NCBI GenBank assembly: GCA_040507895.1
Contig: JBEVNX010000217.1
Span: forward strand, 1 to 41,249
Source: Candidatus Binatia bacterium
GTDB taxonomy: Bacteria > Desulfobacterota > Binatia > JACPRU01
Direction of reading: 5' to 3'
Length of the DNA: 41,249 nucleotides
This document shows, piece by piece, positions 9,404 through 17,560 of the stretch. The position numbers and the translations under genes are program-made. Position 1 is the first letter of the stretch. Every line of letters begins with the position of its first letter. Below the pieces are notes generated by a model. It saw nothing but the letters and a program-made list of their open reading frames with translations, made no database searches and was not told the DNA's origin.

Positions 9404-9781
9404 ATGGTCTCGAATCCTGGTCTTCCAGAGCAACCATCGATGATGAGCGCGGCCGAGCGGGTACTTTCGGCCAGCCAACAGCTCGTCGTCGATCGGATCG
9501 ATCTTCTGATCCTCGAGGCCAAGGCGGCGATGATCCGTGGACTGGAGGCCGCGGTCATCGCCGGCATCGCGGTCGGAGTGTTCTTCTGCGGCTGGCTTTG
9601 CATCAACGCTTCGCTGGCCTTCTTCTTCAAAGCGACCGCGTCCCTCTCGGGAATCCTGGCCGTGCTCGCCGCGGTCAATCTGGGTGTCGGCCTCTTCGCG
9701 ATCGCGGCCGCTCGCCTGCTCGCGACGCCAAAGCGCAATACGGAGAGCAGCCGACCCGATTCACAGGGGGGCGGAGCGTGA
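9404..9781 (+). CDS. Two-TM membrane protein, YqjE/phage-holin-III-like
   Basis: N-terminal amphipathic RIDLLILEAK followed by two TM helices; first gene of a yqj-like small-protein operon. Confidence 0.6.
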   Translation: MVSNPGLPEQPSMMSAAERVLSASQQLVVDRIDLLILEAKAAMIRGLEAAVIAGIAVGVFFCGWLCINASLAFFFKATASLSGILAVLAAVNLGVGLFAIAAARLLATPKRNTESSRPDSQGGGA

Positions 9782-9978
9782 GCGCGGACGATCCGATCGA
9801 GGAAGAGAAGGAGCGGCTTCGCGAGGCAGCGGCGAACAGTGCGGAGGAGCTCAAGGAGGCCGTCGGCGAGCTCGCGGCGGCGGCGCAGAGTCAAGCGAAC
9901 GGAGTGATCGAGACCAGCCGTTGGGTGTGGCTCTATGCCGGGTTCTCGGTGGGCTTGTTTTTCGGCCTTCGACGCTGA
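9778..9978 (+). CDS. Small tail-anchored coiled-coil protein (YqjK/DUF3618-like)
   Basis: GTGA overlap with the previous stop; acidic coiled coil, then C-terminal TM ending GLRR. Confidence 0.6.
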   Translation: MSADDPIEEEKERLREAAANSAEELKEAVGELAAAAQSQANGVIETSRWVWLYAGFSVGLFFGLRR

Positions 9979-10009
9979 GACAGAAAACACTTCGCAAAGG
10001 ATCACCACG

Positions 10010-10171
10010 ATGACCGAACAAACGAGCGAGCGGCAGAAGGTCAAGACCCGGACGGGAGAGCCTGACGCGGCGAAGCAGATCCAGCAATTCGTCGATGACT
10101 ATCCCTTGCTTTCTCTCGCCTTCGTGGTCGCAGCGGGCTACGCGATCGGCCGTATCATCTCCAAGCTCTAG
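10010..10171 (+). CDS. Small ElaB/YqjD (DUF883)-like tail-anchored protein
   Basis: FVDDYPLLSLAFVVAAGYAIGRI matches the V.e.P..s...a...G..iG C-terminal pattern; RBS AAGGA. Confidence 0.65.
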   Translation: MTEQTSERQKVKTRTGEPDAAKQIQQFVDDYPLLSLAFVVAAGYAIGRIISKL

Positions 10172-10181
10172 GAGCTCGAAC

Positions 10182-10472
10182 ATGAGCAGCGCTTCCAGTC
10201 GGGTCGTCCCGCCGCGCCGAGCGGCCTCCAGGCCGAGCTTCGCCGACCTCGTCGGCGAGCTCGAGGATGCCCTGCGTCTGCGGCTGAGAGAAAGCCCCGC
10301 CCTGACCTTCGCCGTTGCGGGTGGGGTTGGTTACGCTCTCGGCGGCGGCTTGACTGTCGGGGTGTTGGCTCGTGCGTTGCAGCTCGGGCTTCGTGCCATC
10401 GTGGCCAATCGCGCGGAACAGATCCTCGCCGATTGGGTGACGATGAGTCGTCGGACAGAGGATGCTCGATGA
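10182..10472 (+). CDS. Small membrane protein with DUF883-like TM motif
   Basis: RESPALTFAVAGGVGYALGGG; RBS AGGAG. Confidence 0.6.
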   Translation: MSSASSRVVPPRRAASRPSFADLVGELEDALRLRLRESPALTFAVAGGVGYALGGGLTVGVLARALQLGLRAIVANRAEQILADWVTMSRRTEDAR

Positions 10473-10773
10473 GCCTCGAATCGAGGCGCGGGAGACTCAA
10501 AAGATGAACCTTCGTGATTTCACTGACCGCCTCTCCACTCAGGAGCTTGCCAGGCTCTTCCGAGCCGAACCGGACCGTTCACAGTCCGAATCGCTGCTCG
10601 GCTCCTTGGCACTGCTAGGCGCCGGCGCCTTGATCGGGGCGGCGGTGGCACTCTTTCTGGCGCCAAAGCCGGGGGCCGAGCTCCGCGAGGAGCTGCGGGA
10701 TCAGCTTCGTTCCACGGGCGAGACGCTCGCCAGCGTGGCTGGGGTCCGGACCGCGAAGCCTCACGAAGGCTGA
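10462..10773 (+). CDS. YtxH-domain general stress protein
   Basis: GALIGAAVALFLAPKPGAELREEL is the YtxH signature. Confidence 0.8.
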   Translation: MLDEPRIEARETQKMNLRDFTDRLSTQELARLFRAEPDRSQSESLLGSLALLGAGALIGAAVALFLAPKPGAELREELRDQLRSTGETLASVAGVRTAKPHEG

Positions 10774-10820
10774 GCCTTCCGATACTCGCCAGGATCGACT
10801 CCGTCCTATAGCGTGTGGGG

Positions 10821-11252
10821 TCACTGGCACGCGGCCGCCAGCCGAGAGACGCTCCTCCTGCGTCGATCGATCTCCAGAGCCTCGCGGACGCTGCTCACCA
10901 GCCGCTCTGGATCCACCGGTTTGACGAGTAGGTCGACGGCCGTTGCGCGTAGCGCGTGCGCGAGACGCGAAGAAGGTTTATCGTCGGCGAGGATGATGGT
11001 CGGCGGTAACACGGCTCCACGAGCGAAGTCCTCCACGGCCTCCGGTCCGTTCGATCCCGGCATGGTGAGGTCGAGGAGCAGACAACCCGGCCGCGACGGG
11101 TCGAAGGCGGCTACGAACAGGTCCGGACGATCGTAGACGACTACCTCGACTCCGAGATGCCCTTTGAGAAGAATCTGCAAAGGCTCGGCGGCGATCGGGT
11201 CGTCATCGACGATAAAAATCGTGCTCCGGTTGTCGATCCCCATTTCCTTCAT
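10821..11252 (-). CDS. Stand-alone FixJ-like receiver-domain response regulator
   Basis: IFIVDDD, GCLLLDLTMPG, KPVD; no output domain; start is 11252 or 11243. Confidence 0.8.
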   Translation of the reverse strand: MKEMGIDNRSTIFIVDDDPIAAEPLQILLKGHLGVEVVVYDRPDLFVAAFDPSRPGCLLLDLTMPGSNGPEAVEDFARGAVLPPTIILADDKPSSRLAHALRATAVDLLVKPVDPERLVSSVREALEIDRRRRSVSRLAAACQ

Positions 11253-11386
11253 TCCAACACCGCCGCCTGCGAGAGAGACCGTTCTTCGTAGCGAATCTTG
11301 TAAAAATCGGTGCGCCATGGGACCGTGGCGGGCGCTCAACGCGGCGAATCTTTAGAGATTGCTACTGAGTTTGCAGCTACGAACCC

Positions 11387-12961
11387 ATGGAGCGGCGCGA
11401 TCGAATCGTGGAACGGATCGTCGAACAGTGTTTCGAAGAGGTTCCGGTCGGTCTCCTGCTGTTTGACGAGAACGGATGCGTGGTGAGGTCGAATCCGGCC
11501 TTCCGCGAGCTTTTTCCATCGACTCCGCCTGACGCCGCCGCGCTCGAGCGCCAACTCGGCGATCGTTTGCCCATCGTTGACGCCGTGCGGCGTGCGCTCG
11601 AAGGCGAGCGAGTGCGACTCGGTCCTTCCGGGTGCGACTCCCGGACCTCTGGGGAAACGAAGCAGCGCATTTCGGTATCGGCGACTTTCGTCCCGGTCCG
11701 GTCGCCGCTCGATGACGCGCGCTACGTGCTCGGCCACTTCCACGCGGAGACTGCGCTGGGCGAGAGCGATGTCGTCTTGGAGCGCTTGGCGCGTGTGGAA
11801 GAATCGAATCGCGCAAAGGACGATTTCTTCGCCGTGCTCTCCCATGAGCTGCGCTCGCCGCTCAATGCGATGTCTATGTGGGTGCATCTGCTCCGCCGCG
11901 GCATGCTCGACAGCACCAAGACGGCTCACGCGCTCGACGTCATCGACCGCGCCATCGCGTTGCAAGCTCGATTGATCAACGATCTCGTCGACATCTCGCG
12001 AATCAGCGCCGGAAAGCTCGTAATGGAGAACCGCTGGCTCGACCTCGCCGCGGCCGCCAAGGAAGCAGCCGAGCTCGCTCGCGGCGACGCCCAAGCGAAA
12101 GGATTGACGTTCGACGTACACATAGAGCCTGGCAGCATGCCGGTCCGGGGCGACCGAGGTCGAATCCAGCAGATCGTCGGCAATCTCCTCTCGAACTCGA
12201 TCAAGTTCACTCCTTCGGGGGGACGGGTCGAGCTGGAAGTTCGCGTGGCGAACTCTCTCGCCCGCATCGTGGTTCGCGACACGGGGGTCGGCATTGATGG
12301 CGGCCTACTGCCCCACGTGTTCGAACGCTTCCGGCAAGCCGATACGTCGATCACGCGAAAGCAAGGCGGGCTCGGCTTGGGGCTCGCCATCGCCCGTCGC
12401 TTGGTCGAGCTCCACGGTGGCTCGATCTCGGCGGAGAGCCCCGGAGCGCAGCAGGGAGCAACCTTCACGGTCTCCCTACCCCTCGGGCCAGCCGACCAGC
12501 CGATCGGTGCCGAGCGCGCCCGCGAGCGCGAGACGCTGCCCTTGCTCGCCGACCTAAGCGTACTGGTGGTCGACGACGACGTCGAAGCGCGAGGCAGCGT
12601 CGCAACGGTGCTCGCGTCTCGCGGTGCGGCCACACAGAGTGCCGCTTCCGCGCGCGAGGCTGTCGAGATCTTTTCGGCGAGCCGGATCGACGTCGTGTTG
12701 GTGGACATCGCCATGCCCGACGAGGACGGCTATGCGCTGCTTGCCAGGCTCCGCGAACAAGATCGCGCGCGAGGAAGCAGGCAAACGCCGATCATCGCGC
12801 TGACCGGCTTTGCCGACGAGGATCATCGCAAGCGCGTCGTCGAGGCCGGCTTCGATCTTCATCTGACGAAGCCGGTACCCCTCGACGAGCTGGTGATCGC
12901 GGTATCGATGGCAGCGGGAGGGCATTCCGTACGGTTCGCTCGAGAGCGGACGGATACCTAG
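11387..12961 (+). CDS. Hybrid sensor histidine kinase (PAS-like, HisKA, HATPase, REC)
   Basis: H-box SHELRSPL, NLLSNSIKFT, DTGVGI, GLGLGLAI; receiver VVDDD...DIAMP...KP. Confidence 0.93.
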   Translation: MERRDRIVERIVEQCFEEVPVGLLLFDENGCVVRSNPAFRELFPSTPPDAAALERQLGDRLPIVDAVRRALEGERVRLGPSGCDSRTSGETKQRISVSATFVPVRSPLDDARYVLGHFHAETALGESDVVLERLARVEESNRAKDDFFAVLSHELRSPLNAMSMWVHLLRRGMLDSTKTAHALDVIDRAIALQARLINDLVDISRISAGKLVMENRWLDLAAAAKEAAELARGDAQAKGLTFDVHIEPGSMPVRGDRGRIQQIVGNLLSNSIKFTPSGGRVELEVRVANSLARIVVRDTGVGIDGGLLPHVFERFRQADTSITRKQGGLGLGLAIARRLVELHGGSISAESPGAQQGATFTVSLPLGPADQPIGAERARERETLPLLADLSVLVVDDDVEARGSVATVLASRGAATQSAASAREAVEIFSASRIDVVLVDIAMPDEDGYALLARLREQDRARGSRQTPIIALTGFADEDHRKRVVEAGFDLHLTKPVPLDELVIAVSMAAGGHSVRFARERTDT

Positions 12962-13090
12962 CGGTCGCGCTTCCCTTCAGTCAGGCTGGATTTGCGGGTC
13001 GCTTTCCACGCTGGTGCGCTTTGCGATCGTCATAGCGGTCGTCTGGTCAGACTCCACGGCGACCGTTCCGCACGGTAATGTTGTGCAACC

Positions 13091-13294
13091 TCAGCCGTTG
13101 AGACGCGAAGCCCAAGTGTCGATCTCGCGCTCCGCCCTCTCCTTCTCCATTCCGTATGCCTCCTTCAGGGCGCCGACCAGCTGATCGCGCTTGCCCGCGA
13201 TGACGTCGAGCTCGTCGTCCGTGAGCTTGCCCCACTTCTCCTTCACCTTCCCGCGCAAGCGATCCCATTTGCCTTCGATCTGTTCCCAATTCAT
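13091..13294 (-). CDS. csbD: CsbD family general stress protein
   Basis: MNWEQIEGKWDRLRGKVKEKWGKLTDDEL..I.GKRDQLVG; RBS AAAGGAGG. Confidence 0.93.
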   Translation of the reverse strand: MNWEQIEGKWDRLRGKVKEKWGKLTDDELDVIAGKRDQLVGALKEAYGMEKERAEREIDTWASRLNG

Positions 13295-13405
13295 GACGAT
13301 TCCTCCTTTACGAATCTGCGGTCTCGAAGTCGGCGCGAACCACGCGCGCGCACCGTGAGCTGCACTCGCTCGCCGGGGGGACGTCGTCCCGACTTCTTTC
13401 ACGCA

Positions 13406-13430
13406 AACAGCCGGGTGGTGCCCAAGTTAC
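13406..13430 (-). promoter_or_regulatory. ECF-type promoter GTAAC-N17-GTT upstream of csbD
   Basis: Minus strand gtaac ttgggcaccacccggct gtt. Confidence 0.6.
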
Positions 13431-13466
13431 GGGCGCGTCTTCGATTCGCCGAGCAGACCTTCTCCG

Positions 13467-14183
13467 TCACGCCTGGGCGACGCGCCTCGCAAGGCTCTTC
13501 CCGAGCCAGCCTCGAGTGGCCGGGCCGAACGCGAAGTCTGTTTCCTTGTGTTCGCGCCGGCCACGACGGCTACGCCTCGTTGGCGGTCTCGGCGAACACT
13601 GCTCGCCATTCCCCTCGTTCATGGCTTCGCGCAGCGTACGCGTGGCGCGGAACACGAGGCTCTTCACCGCAAACTCGGAGACGCCGAGGCAGCTTGCAAC
13701 CTCGCGGTGGTCGAACCCTTCCACGCGAGAGAGCAGCAGCGCGGCCCGCTGCTTGAACGGCAGGTCGAGGACCTTGTCGGCGATGCGGGAGACGATCTCC
13801 CGATCCATGACCAAGTGGTCCGGCGCCTGCGTTGTGTCGTCGGCCAGCAGTCGAGTCTCCCCCGGAACGGTCTTCTCGTGATCGAGCCGGCGGATCTCAT
13901 TCAGACAGTTGTTGGTGACGACCCGATAGATGTACGTGGAGAATCGGGCGCACGGAGTGTAGCGGTCACGCGCGCGGTAGATCTGTAGGAACGCGTCCTG
14001 AACGAGCTCCTCCGCACGCCAGCGATCACGGACGATCCGGTAGGCGAAGCTCACGAGCCGCTTCGCGTATCGCTCGAAGAGCTCCGAGAATGCCGCGTCA
14101 TCACCCGCTTTCGTTCGTAGCATGAGCTCGACGTCGAAATCGTTTCCATCGAGCTGAAGTTCTGCTGTCGCTGGATTGGTCAT
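13467..14183 (-). CDS. ECF (sigma70 group 4) RNA polymerase sigma factor with basic C-terminal tail
   Basis: Region 2 GDDAAFSELFERY..AEELVQDAF..FSTYIYRVVTN; region 4 LP.KQRAALLL...EVA..LGVS..AVKSLVFRA; RBS GGGAGG. Confidence 0.92.
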   Translation of the reverse strand: MTNPATAELQLDGNDFDVELMLRTKAGDDAAFSELFERYAKRLVSFAYRIVRDRWRAEELVQDAFLQIYRARDRYTPCARFSTYIYRVVTNNCLNEIRRLDHEKTVPGETRLLADDTTQAPDHLVMDREIVSRIADKVLDLPFKQRAALLLSRVEGFDHREVASCLGVSEFAVKSLVFRATRTLREAMNEGNGEQCSPRPPTRRSRRGRREHKETDFAFGPATRGWLGKSLARRVAQA

Positions 14184-14253
14184 TAGTCGCCTCCCTGAAG
14201 CAGCGTTGGGAGACTTCAAAAGCAAATACCGGTCCGAATGCGCGTAGATCGAC

Positions 14254-14278
14254 AACTATCCGATTTTTCTGAGATTAC
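14254..14278 (-). promoter_or_regulatory. Putative autoregulatory ECF promoter GTAAT-N17-GTT
   Basis: Minus strand gtaat ctcagaaaaatcggata gtt, about 70 nt upstream of the ECF start. Confidence 0.5.
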
Positions 14279-14311
14279 AGCGAAGAGAAGGTGGGGACTC
14301 TCAAGCAGAAT

Positions 14312-14398
14312 GGTAAAATTTACCGAACCGCCTGTGTAAATCATTCAAAGACACGCGCCGCCGTGTAAATTCTACAAACGACAAATCGAAAAATTACA
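14312..14398. promoter_or_regulatory. Four 13-bp palindrome-like operator sites, consensus about TGTAAA-N-TTTACA
   Basis: GGTAAAATTTACC (14312), TGTAAATCATTCA (14335), TGTAAATTCTACA (14364), TCGAAAAATTACA (14386) within an AT-rich intergenic stretch. Confidence 0.55.
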
Positions 14399-14526
14399 AA
14401 TTCCGGGGTTTTTTCGGGAAGCGGAGGCAAAAACTCCCAAGAAAATCCAGATGAGACGCACCTGAGTCGGCTCGGACTGCTTCTTGCTGTCCTCCGCTGC
14501 GCCGATCAAGCTCAGGGGGTGGCGAG

Positions 14527-14799
14527 ATGGACATCGACCGGGCAAGCCGCTGGCGTAGGCGAGTCTTGGGGGTGGCGAGCGTAATCCGCAACAGCCCGAA
14601 CCACCGTTGGGACACGATAGAGCTCGCGCTGGAGTGTGGCCACCGTCATGCCATCCTTCGACTCCACAAGGTGCAAGAGCGGATCTCGGTGGCGCAGAGG
14701 CCCACCTGGAGCGGCGGTGACCTGCCTTGCACCAAGTGCATGAGCCTCCATCGGATCCGGGGGAAGCTACGACGTACGCCGGACCGGGTCGCCGGCTGA
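14527..14799 (+). CDS. Small putative Zn-binding protein (LECGH...CxxC; DUF3565-like)
   Basis: LECGHRH and CTKC motifs; G-rich RBS-like sequence; overlaps the 3' end of the convergent gene by 33 nt. Confidence 0.4.
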   Translation: MDIDRASRWRRRVLGVASVIRNSPNHRWDTIELALECGHRHAILRLHKVQERISVAQRPTWSGGDLPCTKCMSLHRIRGKLRRTPDRVAG

Positions 14800-16170
14800 G
14801 TTGGTCGACTTTCCCGGGGTGCCGCTATTCTCGCCTTGGTAAGAGCTCAATCGGGTATAGAGTGTCTTCAGGCTGATGCCGAGAAGCTCGGCGGCCTTAC
14901 GCTTGCTGCCCGAGACGTGTTCCAAGGTGGCGAGAATGAGTCGCCTCTCATTCTCCGCGAGCGACGAGCCGACTTTGAGGTAGAGCCCTTCCCCGCCCTG
15001 CGCAGCCGCGCGCCCGTGGATCTCCGGTGGTAAGCAGTCGGGCGCGATCTCGTCTCCGGCCACGATGAAGGCCCGCTGAATGGCGTTCTTGAGCTCGCGG
15101 ACGTTGCCCTTCCATGGATGGGCATGGAGAAACTCGCGCGTCTCTTTCGCCAGGCGCTTCTCGGTTTTGTACTCCCGCTGGAGTTGGGCGACGAAGTAGT
15201 CCGCGAGCAAATCGATGTCGTGCTCGCGCTCGCGCAGCGGCGGCAGCGTGATCCGAAAGGAGCTCATGCGGTAGAGCAGGTCGTGTCGCAACTTGCCGGC
15301 CGCGACGGCCGATTCCGGATTCGCATTTGTGGCAGCGACCAGACGCACGTCGGTCTTGATCGCCTGCTCGCCTCCCACGCGGGTGATGGTGCTGGTCTCG
15401 AGCGCCCGCAGCAGCTTGACCTGGGACTCGGGCGGCATCTCCGTGATCTCGTCGAGGAACAACGTACCGCCGCTCGCTTGCTCGAAGAGCCCCTTGTGCT
15501 GTCGGGTGGCTCCGGTGAAGCTCCCCTTCTCGTGCCCGAAGAGCTCGCTCTCGATCAAAGTCGGGGACACGGCGCCACAGTTGACCGCCACGAATCGACG
15601 CCCACGACGCGCGCTGAGCGAGTGGACGACGGTCGCCACCTCCTCTTTGCCGGTACCACTCTCACCGGTCAGGAGCACCGAAACGTCCGTCGGCGCGACC
15701 TTGCCCACCAGGTCGTACACTTCCTGCATCGCCTTCGACGCACCGATCAGCGGACCGAAGCTGCCCAGCTCGAACAGCGCGCTGCGCATGGCGTCGAGCT
15801 CGCGCTTTAGCTCACTGGCCCGAGCGACGCTCAGGAGAATCGTCTTGAGCCGGTCGGCATCGATCGGCTTGGTCAAATAATCGGCGGCTCCGAGGCGCAG
15901 CGCTTCCACCGCGGAATCGACGCTCGCACTGCCGGTAATCAGAACGATCTGCGTCGACGCGCACGACTGGAGCTGCCTCATGATTTCGAGGCCGCTCCCA
16001 TCCGGGAGCATGAGATCGAGCAAGGCGACGTCGGGCGTTTGATGCTGTGCTACGGCTCGAGCTTCGGCGAGGGATCCCGCGGGCAGCACGCGGAAGCCTT
16101 CCGCCTCCACGATCTCCACGAGCGCCGCGCGCGAAAGCTCGTCATCCTCGAGGATGAGTGCGCAGAGCAT
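14767..16170 (-). CDS. Sigma54-dependent response regulator (NtrC/AtoC family: REC, AAA+, Fis HTH)
   Basis: REC domain; GESGTGKE; ESELFGHEKGSFTGA; LFLDEI; WKGNVRELKN; HTH AAELLGISLKTLY. Confidence 0.95.
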   Translation of the reverse strand: MLCALILEDDELSRAALVEIVEAEGFRVLPAGSLAEARAVAQHQTPDVALLDLMLPDGSGLEIMRQLQSCASTQIVLITGSASVDSAVEALRLGAADYLTKPIDADRLKTILLSVARASELKRELDAMRSALFELGSFGPLIGASKAMQEVYDLVGKVAPTDVSVLLTGESGTGKEEVATVVHSLSARRGRRFVAVNCGAVSPTLIESELFGHEKGSFTGATRQHKGLFEQASGGTLFLDEITEMPPESQVKLLRALETSTITRVGGEQAIKTDVRLVAATNANPESAVAAGKLRHDLLYRMSSFRITLPPLREREHDIDLLADYFVAQLQREYKTEKRLAKETREFLHAHPWKGNVRELKNAIQRAFIVAGDEIAPDCLPPEIHGRAAAQGGEGLYLKVGSSLAENERRLILATLEHVSGSKRKAAELLGISLKTLYTRLSSYQGENSGTPGKSTNSAGDPVRRTS

Positions 16171-16209
16171 GCCGGTTTCTTGGGCCTGAGAGCCTATAAA
16201 GTAAATAGC

Positions 16210-17085
16210 TCAAAAGCGCCCGGGCCGACGCCGTTGCGACCGCTTCGCAGGCGGGCCGCTCACCCGCGTCGACTGCTGGCCCGTATACACCAGTGCCACG
16301 GCTGCTTCCGGCAGCAAGGCTCGGAAGGTCAGGCTCTCCAAAAGGTACAGCTTCACGGTCGCGGAGTCGTGTGAATCATAGCCGACCGAAAGGTCCTGCC
16401 CGACCGTCAGCTCGAAGAATCCCGGCCGCGTCCCGAGCACGACCGCGCCGTCGACGGCGGGCGCCCAAATCGCGGGGCCGTCGAGGAGCTTGTGGACGAG
16501 CTCCATCACCGGCCAACCGCCACGCGCGGTCGCTTGCATGAGCCCTGCAAAGCAGCGCGGTCCGAGCGCGATCGCGTACGGCCCGTCGACGCCGACAGCG
16601 CGCAGCACGCGCGTCGCTTCCGCGACCGTGCCGGGGTACTGCTCGTAGCTCTCGGAGATGGGGAGCGCCGAGTGGGGGCTCGCCTCGCAGATGCCGCGGA
16701 TCTTACCCGCTGCGTAACCCTGGAACACGACCTCATCCTCGGCGTGGGCGATCCGAGTCGCCGCTGCGATCAGTGGCTCGAGGTCCGCGTCTGCCGCGCC
16801 TCGGCCGAATGCGTCGAGCTCGGCGCGCGCCAGCTCGAAGGTCGTTCGCAATTCGATGAGGGGCTGGACGACACGCAACGCCGCCTCGACTCCCTGCTTC
16901 GGGCCCGAAGGAAGCGGTTGCAGACGGCCGACGTTGACGGCGCCACACTTCCAGCCGAGCGGCCCATGGAAGTCCACCAGACGGCGCGCGGCGAGGTTCG
17001 CTTTCAAAACGCGCGTCGCCTCGGCGTCGAGAGCCGACCACGCGTCCGAAGAGATCGGCGCCAGCTCGCGATGGAGATCGTTCAT
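16210..17085 (-). CDS. Family 1 encapsulin shell protein (Linocin M18-like)
   Basis: MNDLHRELAPIS..AW......A......LAARRLVDF.GPLGW, AEDEVVFQGY, GVDGPY, ELTVGQDLSVGY, ESLTFR. Confidence 0.95.
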   Translation of the reverse strand: MNDLHRELAPISSDAWSALDAEATRVLKANLAARRLVDFHGPLGWKCGAVNVGRLQPLPSGPKQGVEAALRVVQPLIELRTTFELARAELDAFGRGAADADLEPLIAAATRIAHAEDEVVFQGYAAGKIRGICEASPHSALPISESYEQYPGTVAEATRVLRAVGVDGPYAIALGPRCFAGLMQATARGGWPVMELVHKLLDGPAIWAPAVDGAVVLGTRPGFFELTVGQDLSVGYDSHDSATVKLYLLESLTFRALLPEAAVALVYTGQQSTRVSGPPAKRSQRRRPGRF

Positions 17086-17447
17086 CGATCGTTCCGTAGG
17101 CTACCGATGCCCAACGAGCCGTCGCCGGTCGAGGCTTCGGCGGCCTCGACCTCCCTTTCCCTGTCGACGATCGAGCCCTCGGAGAACAGATAGAGGCGAA
17201 GCGCCGACTCGATGGCGGAGTCTCTCCGCCGCAGCCATTCGAGCACCATCGCGGCGTGCTCCTTCTCCTCGTCGCGGTTGTGCGCGAGTATTTGCTTCAG
17301 CTCCACGTCCTCGGCGGCATCGATTCGTTGATCGTACCAGTCGATGGCCTCGAGCTCCTCCTGAAGAGAGGAAAGAGCGCGGTGGCGATCCATCGTTGCG
17401 CGGTCGAGACGATCCTCGGCTTCGTGAAGCCCGACGCTGTTGGCCAT
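17082..17447 (-). CDS. Encapsulated ferritin-like cargo protein (EncFtn/Flp) with cargo-loading peptide
   Basis: HRALSSLQEELEAIDWYDQR...HNRDEEKEHAAM.LEWLRR; C-terminal DGSLGIGSLR targeting peptide; ATGA overlap with the shell gene. Confidence 0.95.
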   Translation of the reverse strand: MANSVGLHEAEDRLDRATMDRHRALSSLQEELEAIDWYDQRIDAAEDVELKQILAHNRDEEKEHAAMVLEWLRRRDSAIESALRLYLFSEGSIVDREREVEAAEASTGDGSLGIGSLRNDR

Positions 17448-17508
17448 GGTCAGTCCTTTCTTCCCGGCGTCTCAAACCCGAAACGCCGATGCGGTGGCGC
17501 TTCGAGAC

Positions 17509-17534
17509 GTAACCTCATCCTGTCCCAGTGTTCA
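17509..17534. promoter_or_regulatory. Symmetric ECF-type element between the divergent SOD and encapsulin operons
   Basis: Plus strand GTAAC-N16-GTTCA; minus strand TGAAC-N16-GTTAC. Confidence 0.55.
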
Positions 17535-17560
17535 GACATATCGTGAATGAGGAGACAGCC

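Noticed and set aside
16210-17085. Prophage capsid interpretation of the HK97-fold gene, along with the holin-like gene at 9404
   Set aside because: Cargo gene with loading peptide identifies an encapsulin; no terminase, portal, tail or integrase in the window.
17468-17509. Imperfect hairpin (cgtctc...gagacg) in the encapsulin-cargo leader as a riboswitch or sRNA
   Set aside because: No recognisable family features; GC-rich hairpins arise easily by chance.
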